In this document: positions 13,282 to 25,668 of the stretch, piece by piece
Numbering within the stretch: position 1 is the first letter of the stretch
Layout of the letters: each line of letters starts with the position of its first letter
NCBI RefSeq assembly: GCF_000143415.4
Contig: NW_003314381.1
Span: 292,649-356,648 of the forward strand
Direction: 5' to 3'
DNA length: 64,000 nt
Source of the DNA: Selaginella moellendorffii
Lineage: Eukaryota > Plantae > Lycopodiophyta
Translations under genes and position numbers: made by a program
Notes under the pieces: generated by a model
What the model saw: the letters and a program-made list of their open reading frames with translations, nothing else
Database searches by the model: none
What the model was told of the DNA's origin: nothing

Positions 13282-15693
13282 ATGGATGGATCCAGAGGAG
13301 GTGGAGAAGGAAGTGGAGCCGATGGATCATCTGGCGGTGGTGATCCTCCTCCGTCCCCTGACGGATCATCTGGCGGTGGAGATCCTCCTCCTTCCCCTGA
13401 CGGATCATCTGGCGGTGGAGATCCTCCTCCTTCCCCTGACGGATCATCTGGCGGTGGAGATCCTCCTCCTTCCCCTGACGGATCATCTGGCGGTGGAGAT
13501 CCTCCTCCTTCCCCTGACGGATCATCTGGCGGTGGAGATCCTCCTCCTTCCCCTGACGGATCATCTGGCGGTGGAGATCCTCCTCCTTCCCCTGACGCTG
13601 GCGCGGAAATTCTTCCATCTCCTCCTCCTCTGGCCTCAACTTCGGAAACACCAAGTACTAACAATGGTGGTGGAAACCCAACGACTAGTGACAGCAGCGG
13701 CAGCGGCGGCATTCCCATTGGCGCGATTGTGGGGATTGCCGCGGCCGGGATTTTGATCTTGATCGTGCTCGCGCTGGTGGTTTGCTGCCTCCGAAGGAAG
13801 TCCAAGAGGAAGTATAGACGAGATGACCACGAGTATGGATCAGACCAATGCAAAGCTGGTAAAGTTTCTTCCTCTCTCTTTTGCTTGCGTGCTTTTCTTC
13901 ATCTTTGGTTTTCAAGCTATCTCAAGCTATCTCTTTTTGCTTGAGTGCTTTGCTTCTTGATAATGTTCGCCAGCTTTAGGGAATGCAGGCGACATGAATT
14001 CTAAAAGTTTTCTTGCGTGTTCCAGAGATGGATGAAGCCGGCAGGACACCAAGACCAGATCATTATGACCACAAGCCTCCTCCGCCGCCACCGTCGCCGC
14101 CACCACCGCACTACAGTAGTTCGGGAAGACAGGATTCCTGGGGGCAACCACCACCGCCCGGTATGAGCCCGAGCATGGGTAGCTCCAGGTCGTTGTTCAC
14201 TTACGAGGAACTTGAGGCAGCGACTGCTGGATTCTCCAGGGCCAATCTTCTCGGCGAGGGTGGGTTTGGATGTGTATACAAGGGGTTTCTCCATGGTGGT
14301 CAGGTTGTAGCTGTGAAGCAGCTTAGAGTTGGAAGCAGGCAAGGAGAGCGTGAGTTTCGAGCTGAGGTTGAGATTATCAGCAGAGTTCATCACAGGCATC
14401 TGGTTTCGCTGGTTGGATACTGCATTGCGGATGCTCAGAGGCTGCTGGTTTACGATTTCGTGCCGAATGGAACGCTGGAGCATCACCTGCACGGTACAAG
14501 TTCTTGTCCGTGTTTTTCCTTGTTCTCAGTCTCGTTTTCTCTCTTGTTTTTTCAGGTGAAGGTAGAACCGTGATGGATTGGCCAACGAGATTGAAAATAG
14601 CTGCTGGTTTTGCTCGTGGACTTGCATATCTTCATGAAGACTGTAAGATCTCTATCTCTCCGTTGGAACTTAATCTAAAAGTTATTCGTTCTTGCAGGCC
14701 ATCCTCGAATCACATAAAGTCGTCTAACATTCTTTTGGATAACAATTTTGACGCTCAGGTTTGTTGTTACATATTTGCTCACTTGCTTTCAATTGTAACG
14801 CTTGTCCATTACAGGTTTCTGACTTTGGGCTTGCGAAGCTCGCTTCTGACACTTACACACATGTCACTACTCGAGTTATGGGAACCGTCGGGTAAGGACA
14901 TGAGTCATGACCAACCAATATATCATTTTTCCATCTGAATTTTTCAAACTTCCAGGTACCTTGCACCTGAGTACGCCTCCACAGGAAAACTGACGGAGAA
15001 GTCAGACGTGTACTCCTTCGGAGTCGTCCTATTGGAACTTATAACAGGAAAGAGGCCTGTAGATACCACGCAACCTGTGGGAAAAGACAGTTTGGTCGAA
15101 TGGGTGAGTGTTTGCAAAACCTCATCCCTGGACATACTAAAACTTATTGCCTCTTTCAGGCTCGGCCATACCTCATGCAGGCTATCGAGAAAGGCCACCT
15201 CGACGGCATAGTCGACGAAAGACTAGCAAACTACAACGAGGACGAGATGCTACGAATGGTCGAGGCAGCTGCAGCCTGCGTTCGACACTCAGCCAGCGAA
15301 CGCCCAAGGATGGCAGAGGTTTGTTTGCCTCTTTTGTTTTCTCGAGCAACTACTAAACTCCTTGCATTTTTCTTTCAGGTTGTCCCCGCTCTAAAAAGCG
15401 ATATCTCCGACCTCAACCAAGGAGTAAAGCCAGGCCACGGCTCGAACTTCACGAGTGCGGACTACAATAGCAACCAATACGCCTCGGACATGAAAAGGTT
15501 CCGAAAGGTGGTGTTTGGAAGCCAAGAACACGGTGGCCCGCCGACGAGCGATCCCTCGGTGTCGAGCAGCGAAGGGATGAGCAGCATGGAGATGGAGAGG
15601 CGGCGGGCTGGGTTGCTTGGGAGCTCGGACACGACGAGTTCCAGTGAAATCAATGCCAACACCAACAGCAGTAATCGTCTCAATGGCGGGTAA
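13282..15693 (+). pseudogene. PERK (proline-rich extensin-like receptor kinase) paralog with a frameshift deleting the catalytic HRD
   Basis: TM helix, FTYEEL, GEGGFG, VAVKQL, YLAPEY and DVYSFG motifs, with the same introns as copy 2. At ~14711 it reads 'cgaatcacataaag' against 'cgaatcattcatcgggacataaag' in copy 2, a 10-bp deletion. Confidence 0.85.
13321..13593 (+). repeat. 7 x 39-bp in-frame tandem repeat encoding DGSSGGGDPPPSP
   Basis: 273 bp = 7 units. Units 2-7 appear identical. Confidence 0.95.
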
Positions 15694-15777
15694 AATTTCG
15701 AGAAGAAAGATCACAGGGAAGAAGAGAAGATTTTTTTTAATTACTACGTTGTCTCGTTTGCATAATATATTTTATCG

Positions 15778-16390
15778 ATGCTTGGCCGCGATGGCCGGCC
15801 TTGTGTGCCTCGGTTCTTTGCAAGGCTGGGGAGAAGAAAGCCGCGCGGTTCGTCCAGAAGCAGCAGATGATCTCCAGCCGCGAGGCAGCGGCCGAGGCGG
15901 ATTATGGCAAACAGCCATCCCTCGGCTCTCGATCGGTGAGTTTCTTGGAGCTGGGAAGGGATTTCGGCTGAGGTTTTCGTTCTAGATCATGTGACTGTGA
16001 GCTTTGCGAGGAGTGGAGGTGCTGGCGGCCAAAATGTGAACAAAGGTGTGATTCTTTTGGTGTTTTGGGGGCTTTCGTGATCGAATTCTTTTCTGTTTGA
16101 CAGTGAACACGAAAGTGGACATGCGATTCAATGTGATGAACGCGCATTGGCTCCCTCTCCAAGTGAGGAACAAGCTGCTTCAAACAATTTGTCACGATCT
16201 TTGAAATGTGAGACGTCTAGTAGTTTGGAATGAGTTTTTCTATACTAATTCCACGGTTTCGTGAACAGGAGAAGAACCGGATCAACAGCAACAGGTGAAT
16301 TGGTCATTTCGAGGAAACGTCGATGATCCTCTAGCTAAATTGCAGGCAGGTTTTCATCGTGCTTTGTTTCTTCAGTAACTATCGTTTGTT
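15778..16390 (+). pseudogene. Truncated ICT1/ArfB-type peptidyl-tRNA hydrolase copy
   Basis: Keeps DHVTVSFARSGGAGGQNVNK. It has a 5' deletion, a 1-bp insertion near 16293 and an internal deletion, and lacks the last two exons. Confidence 0.85.
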
Positions 16391-16399
16391 TCTTCTCCC

Positions 16400-17192
16400 A
16401 AGGTTTCTTCCGCGATGGATATCTTTCAAAAATTGTTGGAGTTTCTTGATTACCTCTATAAGGAATTTGGCATTAATGCCCGTGGCTCAGAACATCTGAT
16501 TTGGTTCCACAATGATAAAAGTTTTTAGAACACTTCTTCACAGATGACTCCTTTGCTATGATCATGCAAAAGTATCCTGCTTGGGATGGTGAGCTAACCA
16601 TCTTCTATAAATCTTTTCTTTTGAGTGTTTTCCAGGTACATAAACTCAGGTTTATGTGAGAATGATCCAAACTTCTTGATCGAGAAAAGCAGTAGAAGGC
16701 TGTGATCGATTATCCGCAGGGGATTGCTGTGCGTAGCAATGGAGTTGAGACGAAAAGCAAGCTGGAAAGTAAAACCAAGCTTCAGAAGGGATGCAAGCGA
16801 TCCGGAAGACACTATTTTGCTCATTTTTGCAGAACAAGGAGGACAATGCGATGTTCAAGCAGGTTCTTGGTTTCGTAGTTTCTCCAGGCAGTTTTTATTT
16901 CCTTGCGCCCGATTCGGCAGATTGCATTCGAACTGGATGTCACTGTCTGCCCCACAAGATAATTGTCCACGCGAAGTCTATACTTTTCATCTCGATTGAC
17001 TTTAAGTTTTTTCTTTCCGTTTAGCTGAGGCTGATGACATCCTGGGTATTTGTTTGCAATGTCTGGTATGCAGAGCCACAAACAAACGATGCACCAATAG
17101 GATTCTTGGAGAAGCATGCAAAGAGCACATAACTTTATATTTATATTCCTTTTAGAGTCTACAATAGCAAAACGAGCTAAAGTTACAAAAGT
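16400..17192 (+). pseudogene. GPAT9: Third, partial GPAT9-like pseudogene copy
   Basis: Colinear with 11545-12360 from 'caaggtttcttccgcgatggatatc'. The FPEGTC codons are deleted. Confidence 0.8.
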
Positions 17193-17387
17193 TAAAGTGA
17201 TCATTCATTGCTCTCTTCATACTTGTTCCTACTTCATTAGGATTTCCACTTTTGCTCTTGACTTTATGGCACACTTTTGGCTCTACTTTTGGTCTTAGAG
17301 ATTTATGTTTGACATGTTGTTTCTGCATCTAAATTCACAATCTAACATCATTTCATAGTTAATAAATTTTATGATTGTCCCATATAA

Positions 17388-19244
17388 TAGGGATAGTGTG
17401 TAAGTCAAGTATGGCCAATTAATCTAAAGTATAGTTTAGCTCTCACTTGTTGTCTTTGTTTTACATCTGTCTTGGGTTTAAGTTTAATATCCATACTATG
17501 CTATTTTGTGGAGTATATATATCTTTGCATTAGTCCACTAATATACTGAAATAACACTAGACTTCATTTGATTATGTTTTATGTGTTAGTTCTGGCATTA
17601 GAATGTTAGAAACCTTAGGACTATATCAAGTCACTTCTCATAAGTTGCTTTTTACTCCAATTCCTTTACTCTTTCGCTATATGCTTAAGTGTTTAGCTCT
17701 GTCCTTTATTCAGTGGCTCAAGGCTTTGAAGCTCAAGTTCCATTTTGAGGGTAGCATCCAAATCCATGCAACTTTTCTAGCACTAATTGTGATGTTCAGG
17801 ATCTGCATATAGCAAGTATTAAGTTTAGAGGAAATGCCTTTAAAACTATAAAACACATCATGATATCCTCACAACTTAGATTGTCACCATTTGCAACACC
17901 TCACTATTGTCCATACCAAGCAGCTTGCTTTGCCCCAATATCCTTCCAAATCAAAGCTGTAAGATGACTATGAATGATCTAATGACTTTTACAATCAATT
18001 ATATGTTCACATTCTGATAAACTACAAATTGGATACTAAGTTCGAGCTGGAGCAAGTAAATTATAGACTATGAGTTTAGCCAAGAGTTGAAAGCATATAT
18101 ATGCTTGGGACTCTTTCTCTTGCCATGAAGTGCTGATATGAAGCTTAAGAACCTGTGTCATAGCAGCTCAACTTGAGGCAGCAAGTAGAAAACATGGTGT
18201 GGTTATTCATGGAGGCAAATGGCAAAAGCAAGTGTAATAGCAACATGCCCAGCTCACTTAAGACTGGAAAATATTTTAGCTAGAGCTAACAATCTTGTTT
18301 ACTGTCCCACTACCAAGAAATTCCTAATTCAAACATTGACCTTAAGTTCATGTGGAGATTGACATGTACCTTTGGAATCTGATCACTAACTTTGTTTAGC
18401 ACTCTTCACAAGCCAGTTCCTTAATGCATTTTTGTATGGTCAAATTTAAATTTTAATTCACAACTTTGTGTGCAAATCCATGGAGCACCATAGCCATCAA
18501 GAATTAAGGGAGTGGCCCTGTTTAGTGGGAGTGGAATTAAGATTGAGGAAGCAAAAAGTGCCATTTTGATTCTTTCCAAATCTGCATGTCACATATGTTA
18601 AATTTCTCATAATACAACAATCATTGGCCAAAACAAAACCTTATCAAAATATTTCAATAAGACATAGTTTAAGAAATCAGAGTACCCCTCCATTTGGATT
18701 TAATGGCCTAAAAAGTTGGGCAACTCAGTGCCAGGTATAAAAAGTATTTATTAGTTAAACTAACTATAGTTTCCACATACTAATTATTGCCAACATTTTT
18801 GGTTTGCTTAAGCAAATCTGTAAGGGGAGTGAGTGGATATACATAAAATATGTTTATAATTTATAAATTTTCCCAAAGATGTCTTAGTATATTCTAGTTT
18901 ATTCTACCATCAAATGAAATTTATCTTTTTTTTGTTTGCTTAAGCAAGGTAATTGATATACCTAAAAATATTCTACCATCTAACAATTGTTATTCATTTA
19001 GATTAATTTTGTATTTATAATTTATAAATATGTTTATAAATTATAAACTTGCTTAAACACTTTCTAGTATATTCTTTTTTATTCTACCATCTTGCAATAA
19101 GATTAATCTTGTGTTTATAAATTATAAAATTTTATTTGATCAATTAGATTAATAAGTAAGTATAACATTACTATTAAGCAAACCAAGCATTGCTACATGC
19201 AACACATAAAAATTATAAACATATTTATAATAATAAACTTCCAT
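17388..19244. repeat. Segmental duplication, copy 2, left part (continues at 55356)
   Basis: Homologous to 7990-8380 and 9110-10370. It ends at 'aaacttccat', and the equivalent site in copy 1 (~10361) has no insertion. Confidence 0.85.
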
Positions 19245-19419
19245 TGTGAGTGCATGGAATATGGAAAAGGAATACAAAAATGTGCATATTAATTAGCCCA
19301 AAAACCCTAGCTTATATATAGGAGAGAGTGGTCCGGATTGAAACCAATCCGATGGCTACCAAAATCCCAGTACACTAATATTAGTATACGGCATCGTAGC
19401 CATACACTTGGCCCTCACA
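19245..19419 (-). repeat. 3' LTR of the host gypsy element (175 bp)
   Basis: About 17 substitutions and a 3-bp indel against 55180-55351 (hand count). The PPT complement is at 19420-19434. Confidence 0.95.
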
Positions 19420-19449
19420 TCATCCCCTCCTCTCGGAATAATGGAAGAC

Positions 19450-21260
19450 CATTAGGGTTCTCTTGTAAATGGGCCGAGATCTGGAGGAACATCAGGAGGA
19501 GGCATTGGTAGATTTGTAGATGGTATTAACCGCTCCTGATCCCTTTGTATAAAGCATTTCAACTGTTGCACATGCACAATCTCTAGAGGATCGGCCTACT
19601 GGACGTCATGCCGAACCTCATAAACTTGTGGTCCAACTTGTTGCAACACCCGATACGGTCCTTTCCACTGTGCAAGGAGCCCCTTAGATAAACCACATAC
19701 TGTAAGATGGGGAAAATGGACTAACACCAAATCATCCACTTTGTACTCTGCAAATGGACGATGATGGGAGTTGTAACGCCATTGTTGTCCCACTTGTACG
19801 CGGCCTAAGTGTCCGGCAAACTTCGCTCGGACAAGTGGAAGAATGCTTGTCAAATATTGATCCCATGACCTAGCATCCGCAGCTCGTGGCAATCGCGAAG
19901 GTAAACCCAGCTCCGTTGGTAATATTGGATCATGACCATATAGAAGTTTATATGGTGAAGCACCAATAGAACTTTGCACCCCAGTGACATATGCATACCA
20001 AAGAGACGGCAAATAACCATCCCAATTCGAATGCTGAAAGTTCACATACTTCGCAATTATCCCCTTGAACGTCCGAATGAGCCGTTCCACCTGATAGTCT
20101 GATTGTGGATGATAAGCACTCATGAAAGTGTGGTGAATCCCCAATCAAGACATCAAAACATGAAATGCCTCAACTATAAATGCGGGACCATTATCCGAAA
20201 GAATCCACTCTGGACAAGAATGTTGAAACATCACTCGATTGAGGAGGAAGTATCCAATAGCAGTTGCAGAGGTGCTAACAAGAGCACCAACTTCCACCCA
20301 ACGAGTCAAATAGTCAGAAGTAATAATAATATACTCTTTGCCAACAGTCAACCGTGGAAAAGGTCCCATAAGATCAAATGCCACCAACTCAAACGGACGG
20401 GAAACTGCAATTGACTCCAATCGTCCTTCCGCAGCTCGAGGGGGAGTATTACGAGCTTTGCACCAAACGCAGCTACGCACATACCAGATAATATCACGTC
20501 GCATCTTTGGCTAATAGAAAGACTTGCATAGCTTCTCAATTACACAATGATGTCCCATATGCCCACATAGAACAGGAGAATCATGGTAGGCATGGAGAAA
20601 TCGCAGAATAAAGATAGAAGGCACCACCAGCCGTAAATGATCATCAGGATCTGTCCCCACAAAATAAAGAAGGCCATCTTCAAGACGATATTGAGAATGT
20701 AAATGCCAGAAAGGCAAGTCATCAGCAAGTGATGCAGGATTCTTAATCCCATCTCGAAGCCTTCGAATCCATGGCTCAATCTTTTGAGCCTCACAAACCT
20801 CATCAAGCGAAGGTAGATCTTGCTCTGCACCTTGTGGACATTGAATGTCAAGTATAGCAACTGCCGATGGCACAGAATCCTCGTCTAGAAAATCCACAGA
20901 TGCTGGAATAACAGGCTCGTCAGAAACATGGAAGAGAGTGAAGAAGGAAGAGGAGCTTGAGAAAGAGCATCAGTATCAGTCATAGAACTCCCTAGGCAAT
21001 GAACAACATCAAAATCATATATCTGAAGCTTCAAAACCCACCGAGCAGTACGACCAACCAGGTTCTTCCGCTTTAATAACGAAGTAACAGTAGTATGGTC
21101 ACCTTCAAGTAATGTCCGAGAACCATATAGATATGCATGAAGTTTCTCGAAACCCCAGACTGCTGCTAAACACTCCTTCTCTGTCGTGGAGTAGTTCATC
21201 TCCGCTAGTTGTAATGTACGGCTTATATATGCAATGGGATGGCACTGACCAGGCACACTC
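19450..21260 (-). pseudogene. Host pol 3' segment: RNase H and integrase (degenerate)
   Basis: HPIAYISRTL..AEMNYSTTEKECLA (RH). H-H-C-C zinc finger (HDSPVLCGHMG...SCVWC), FDLMGP, ILSDNGPAF, AYHPQSD.QVER and WKGPYRV (GPY). In-frame stops. Confidence 0.95.
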
Positions 21261-21498
21261 GAGCTTGTGAGACACAAAATCCCTAGGCCCCAAAGTGGAG
21301 CCAGAAGGGCGCCACATGGTAGTGGCCGAAGCGAGAGCCAAACGAGCGTAACACGTTTGGACCAAAAGCTCCGACTTGAAAAGTCAAGAGCGGGAGTGGA
21401 ACTCCCAACGAAGTGCTCGAGGAACGAGCACGAAGCGAGCAAAAGGCGAGGCTCCAAAAAGGGACCCAAAAGGACCAACACATGACACGTGGGAGTGT

Positions 21499-22075
21499 CC
21501 GAGATGGACTCGAGTTGGAGTCCGAAGTGGAGTCCGAGATGGACTCGAGATGGAGTCCGAGATGGACTCGAGTTGGAGTCCGAAGTGGAGTCCGAGATGG
21601 ACTCGAGATGGAGTCCGAGATGGACCCGAGATGGAGTCCGAGATGGAGTCCGAGGTGGACCCGAGATGGACCCGAAATGGAGTCCGAGATGGACCCGAGA
21701 TGGAGTCCGAGATGGAGTCCGAGATGGAGTCCGAGATGGACCCGAGATGGAGTCCGAGATGGAGTCCGAGATGGACCCGAGATGGAGTCCGAGATGGAGT
21801 CCGAGATGGAGTCCGAGATGGACCCGAGATGGAGTCCGAGATGGACCCGAGATGGACCCGAGATGGAGTCCGAGATGGAGTCCGAGATGGAGTCCGAGAT
21901 GGAGTCCGAAGTCGAGACCGAGACCGGGACCGAGACCGGGACCGAGACCAAGACCGAGACCGAGATCGGGACCGAGACCGAGACCGAGGCCGAGGCCGAG
22001 ACCGAGCCCGAGCCCGAGTCCGAGTCCGAATCCGAGTCCGAGTCCGAGTCCGAGTCCGAGTCCGAGTCCGGAGCC
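21499..22075 (+). repeat. LTR-internal minisatellite: GAGATGGAGTCC (12-mer) and GAGATGGACCC (11-mer) array followed by GAGACC/GAGTCC hexamers
   Basis: Directly visible. Present in all eight full-length family-A LTRs with variable copy number. Confidence 0.95.
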
Positions 22076-23077
22076 TGAGAGGGTGAAAGCCCAAAGCGTT
22101 CGTCTCCCAGACCCTGGGGGGTTTGGTGAGCCCCAAAAGTATAGTAAGGGGGAGGACTGCAGTGGAGCCAGTTTGGCCAGGAAAGGCCAGTTTGGCCCAG
22201 GAAGGCCAGACCCAGTGTTGGGTGATGAGCTGCCCACTGGGAAGTCCAAGACTAGAGTGAACACAGACTGACAAGCGGGGTAGCTTGGTGAAGTGTTCAA
22301 GAGCCGGCTCTAGTTCCCCCGGGAGATCGACTGGCCGATGCTCCCAGTCCAAGTGTGGGTGGCACTACCTACTTGGATACCAGGCGTGGCTCAACGGAAC
22401 CCGCTCTAAGCCCATGGCTAGAGCACCTAAAGGCGATAGGTGGGGAGAGTACCCAGGTGGCTCGCGTAAGGCCACGGTGTTCCGAAATGTTGTCCCAAAG
22501 GCCCAGACTGTGGAAAGGAAGAGGAGCAGTCCTCTGGGGTAGTGACCAAGGACACAGTCATGTGGTGAGGAAGTCCCAGAGGACCGTGGGACTTAGTGGT
22601 CGGGCCTGTGGGCCTCGATCCAGTGGCAGTGTTGGCAAACACGGCCAGGGGCAGAAAGGGACTTGGTAGGAACTGACAAAGGGACTTTGGGGAAGGCAAT
22701 TCCCCAGGTCTGTGGGCATCCTAAGGATGCTAAGGAGTGGATCTAGGATGACCACTCGTGGACCCATGGCCCAGTCTTGGAGAGACGAGGTGGTGATGCA
22801 AGTGGTGTTGAACCACTAGTGCAGCAAAGGTGAATGGGCATGGCCTTAGCGTAACGGGCCGAGATGTCAGTGGTACCTTTGGGTGTCGGTCTCAGGACCG
22901 GACACGTGGAGCACTTGGACCAGGTGCAAGTGTGGAGTGGCATGGATGCCATTCTTGGGGCTAGCAAGTCCCAAGTCCTGAATTGGACTGATGGAGGTTG
23001 TGAATGAGACTCCTCCAAGTGGTCGGAGGTGTGGTTAAGTGACTAAAGTAGAATGGAAAATTTAGTCGGTTACAATT

Positions 23078-23089
23078 TGGTATCGGAGC
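23078..23089 (+). promoter_or_regulatory. Primer-binding site complementary to initiator tRNA-Met
   Basis: TGGTATCGGAGC against the canonical TGGTATCAGAGC (G:U-compatible), 3 nt after the LTR end. Also seen in copies B (one extra mismatch), C and D. Confidence 0.85.
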
Positions 23090-25613
23090 TGTTCCTTAGT
23101 CCGACTTTTATTGGTGCTCAAGTATATCACCACTAGTGTTGGCATCGGAAGGTCCGAGGAGTGGGCCTATCCTTGAGGAGTAGCAAGTCGGGAAGACATG
23201 GCTCTCCATTACAGTTCATGTGTGAACTTGTAGACGAGGTGGTGGATAGAAAAGGGCCAATAATGGAACGACTTTGGGATCTTGGGAACAGGGCAAGGTT
23301 TTCCTCATTGAGTTGAGGATGTGATCCGGATAAGCATTTGTCTCAGCAAATTGGCTAAGGTTGTTGTGGTAAACAACTAAAGTTGGGATCACGGGAAAGA
23401 TAGAGACTCCAAAATAATAAAGGAGTCACAAGATTATCCTCATATAGTTGAGGTTGGTGCTCATGAATGTGAGACCAAAGGTAATGACCGTGGAAGGTCA
23501 AATACGGAAGAGGACTCAAGTCCTTGAAATGGTAGCCGGGGCTACCTCTAATAAATGCTGGAACAACCCAAGGAGTTGGGGGTGTATTAAGTGGATGAGT
23601 TGGTATTCTCATCACATGGACAAGTAGTCCTAAGGGGCAAAGGTTGCCCCCAGAGCACAAAATCAAGTGTCGGAGTAACACTTGTGAAAATAGTCCTTTT
23701 GAGTAGGACCGGAATGCAAGATGTGTATTCCAGTGAGCTAGTGCCTCACAAGTAGGACCTTACGGGTCGGTGGATTAACCAAGTCCAAAACTGCTAGACG
23801 ACTCAAGTAGAGTCAAGGGATGGTCCTAAAAGGATTGATAGAAGCATTTGGACTGAGGTGCATTGTACCCCACAAAGGATGGGGGGGGATCATAGGATCC
23901 AAGGATGAGAACAGAGAGTATCTCATCGATGGCAATGTGCCATGCTAAAGTTATGGGAAAGGTGTTCCCAGAAGAAAACAACTTTGACATAAAGTTGTGT
24001 GTGACCTCTATGGGGCAGTGCTAACAGATGGTTGGCATGAGAAAGAGCGGTGTTGGTCTTGGCGAAGACTTAGACACGAAGGGAAATGTCATAGAGGTAG
24101 GCTCGTGGAGCCGATGGTGTGGAGACACCAAATGTGCCAAGGTGTGATACCTTGAGGCTATGTTGGTGGGTTCATGAGAACCCCTTGCCAAAGGAATCCC
24201 AATGGAAATGGGAATGGCATAGCCTAAGCTGCAGAGCATGCAGTTGGAGTGTGGTGACCCAGATAGTGATGGAGGTGTGAAAGCACCAAGCAATGAGTTG
24301 TAGGACTTGACAACTATGAGGCAACTAAGCAAGAGGTGCAAAATAACTGATTAAACGGGTAGAAGGTAGCTACCCAAGACTTCTAGTATAGGGAAGTCGG
24401 ATATACCCTTACGGGGGATAAGTTTCTTATGTTGCGATATAGTAAGTCAATGTCATAAAAGGAAATACTCATTGTCAAGAAAGCCATCATTGGGACACCC
24501 GAACACTCTAGAACACCAGAAGGTGGTGTTTGATATCGCGAGGGCAATGGATAAAGCCCAAGGGACTAAGTCCCTAGCGAATGATGGATAGAAGGTGCTA
24601 TCCAAATGTCCAAGGTTGCGGAGACAGGAGAGGACTGTCTACCCAAGTTGGACAAAGCCAAAAATGGAATTTTGGCAAGGCTAGTGATGGGCATGTAAAG
24701 GCCCATAAGCAACAAATGTAATCCCAGTGTGTGGGATTATAAGGTGAGCATACCCGGATTGAGGAACCACTCCCTGGGCTATTGGGTAGGTTCATCCCTA
24801 AGAATACTTGCTAAGGCATGACAGAAAGTGCAAAGCTATCCTCCTGGTCTGGAGGAGAATGACCGAAGGAAAGGTGTGAAGCCAAAGGCAAGTAGTATTG
24901 GGATGGAACTAAACCATAGAAATCAAAGGACATATCCAACAGTGGTTATGAAAGTTGGGAGTGGAGAAGCAAGAGGGTGCTCGAGGATGTTGTTGCTAGC
25001 AACCGTGATGCCATGGAGAGTCTAAAATATGGAATTGTCCATGTTAGACTATATGGCAACTATAAAGCTTGCGAAAGGGGAGGCCTTAGCAAGTTGAGGG
25101 ACAGAGTTCCTTCAAGGTTCCCAAAGACGATTCTAGGTAGCGTAGTACCTAGAAAGGCCAAGTGTAAATGGTTCATGGAACGCGCGAAATCAGAGTGGCG
25201 CAGCAGAAGCGTGGTCTTGAAGCTTGCCATGAGGCAAGGTTATCAAGGTTAGGGAAGTAGTTCCCGAGTGTTCAAAGAGAGGGCTTTGAACGAAAGTCGA
25301 TGGTCAAGGACTTTCACGCTTATGCAGGAACCATGTTACAATGGTCGGAGGACTTGCCAAGTGAGATTGGCACGTCGGGGGAACGAAGACCCTAGTTGAA
25401 GGTGATAACTTCAAAAAGGGTGGGCCATGGGGCCGAGCATGGAGGAGTCCATGCATGATCACAGACATGTCAAGTGAGAGGACTTGGCAGTGTGGAGGAA
25501 CTAGGTTCCTAAGCTGTGATCTGTAGCGCGCTTTAAAAATAAGTTGGTGCACCGGCGTGGGGAGTCACGCCAGGCATCTAGGGTGATGCCGTCCGTAGAT
25601 GCATATACGGAGG

Positions 25614-25668
25614 TTGGGTTCGAGTCCCGACCCTCTAGTGCTTGGGTTCGAGTCCCAAATCACTAGGG
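25614..25668 (+). other. Tandem tRNA T-arm / Pol III B-box-like hairpins
   Basis: TTGGG-TTCGAGT-CCCGA and TTGGG-TTCGAGT-CCCAA, unchanged in all four element copies. Confidence 0.7.

Larger units (their letters stand above)
7990..16390. repeat. Segmental duplication, copy 1 (degenerate copy)
   Basis: 7990-8380 matches 17388-17737, 9110-10370 matches 17750-19244, and 10370-16390 matches 55356-61960, with the same gene order. Confidence 0.9.

Noticed and set aside
13209-13853. Antisense ORFs over PERK exon 1 (also 58568-59170)
   Set aside because: Shadow ORFs of GC-rich Pro/Gly codons.
21499-22075. CRISPR-like appearance of the repeat arrays
   Set aside because: Head-to-tail units with no unique spacers, no cas genes, and a eukaryotic LTR context.
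20885-22300. 471-aa ORF joining LTR sequence to RNase H
   Set aside because: Chance read-through across the insertion junction at 21265/21266. The downstream pol is full of stops.
21283-22352. Long ORFs in all six frames (RWSP, MESE, LGLH, SRTP repeats), also in every other family-A LTR
   Set aside because: The repeat units have no stop codon in any frame, and frames differ between LTR copies. They are artefacts, not SR or extensin proteins.
25575-25640. A true tRNA gene
   Set aside because: A T-arm and an anticodon-like hairpin exist, but there is no D-arm/A-box, and the would-be acceptor stem is not conserved among copies.
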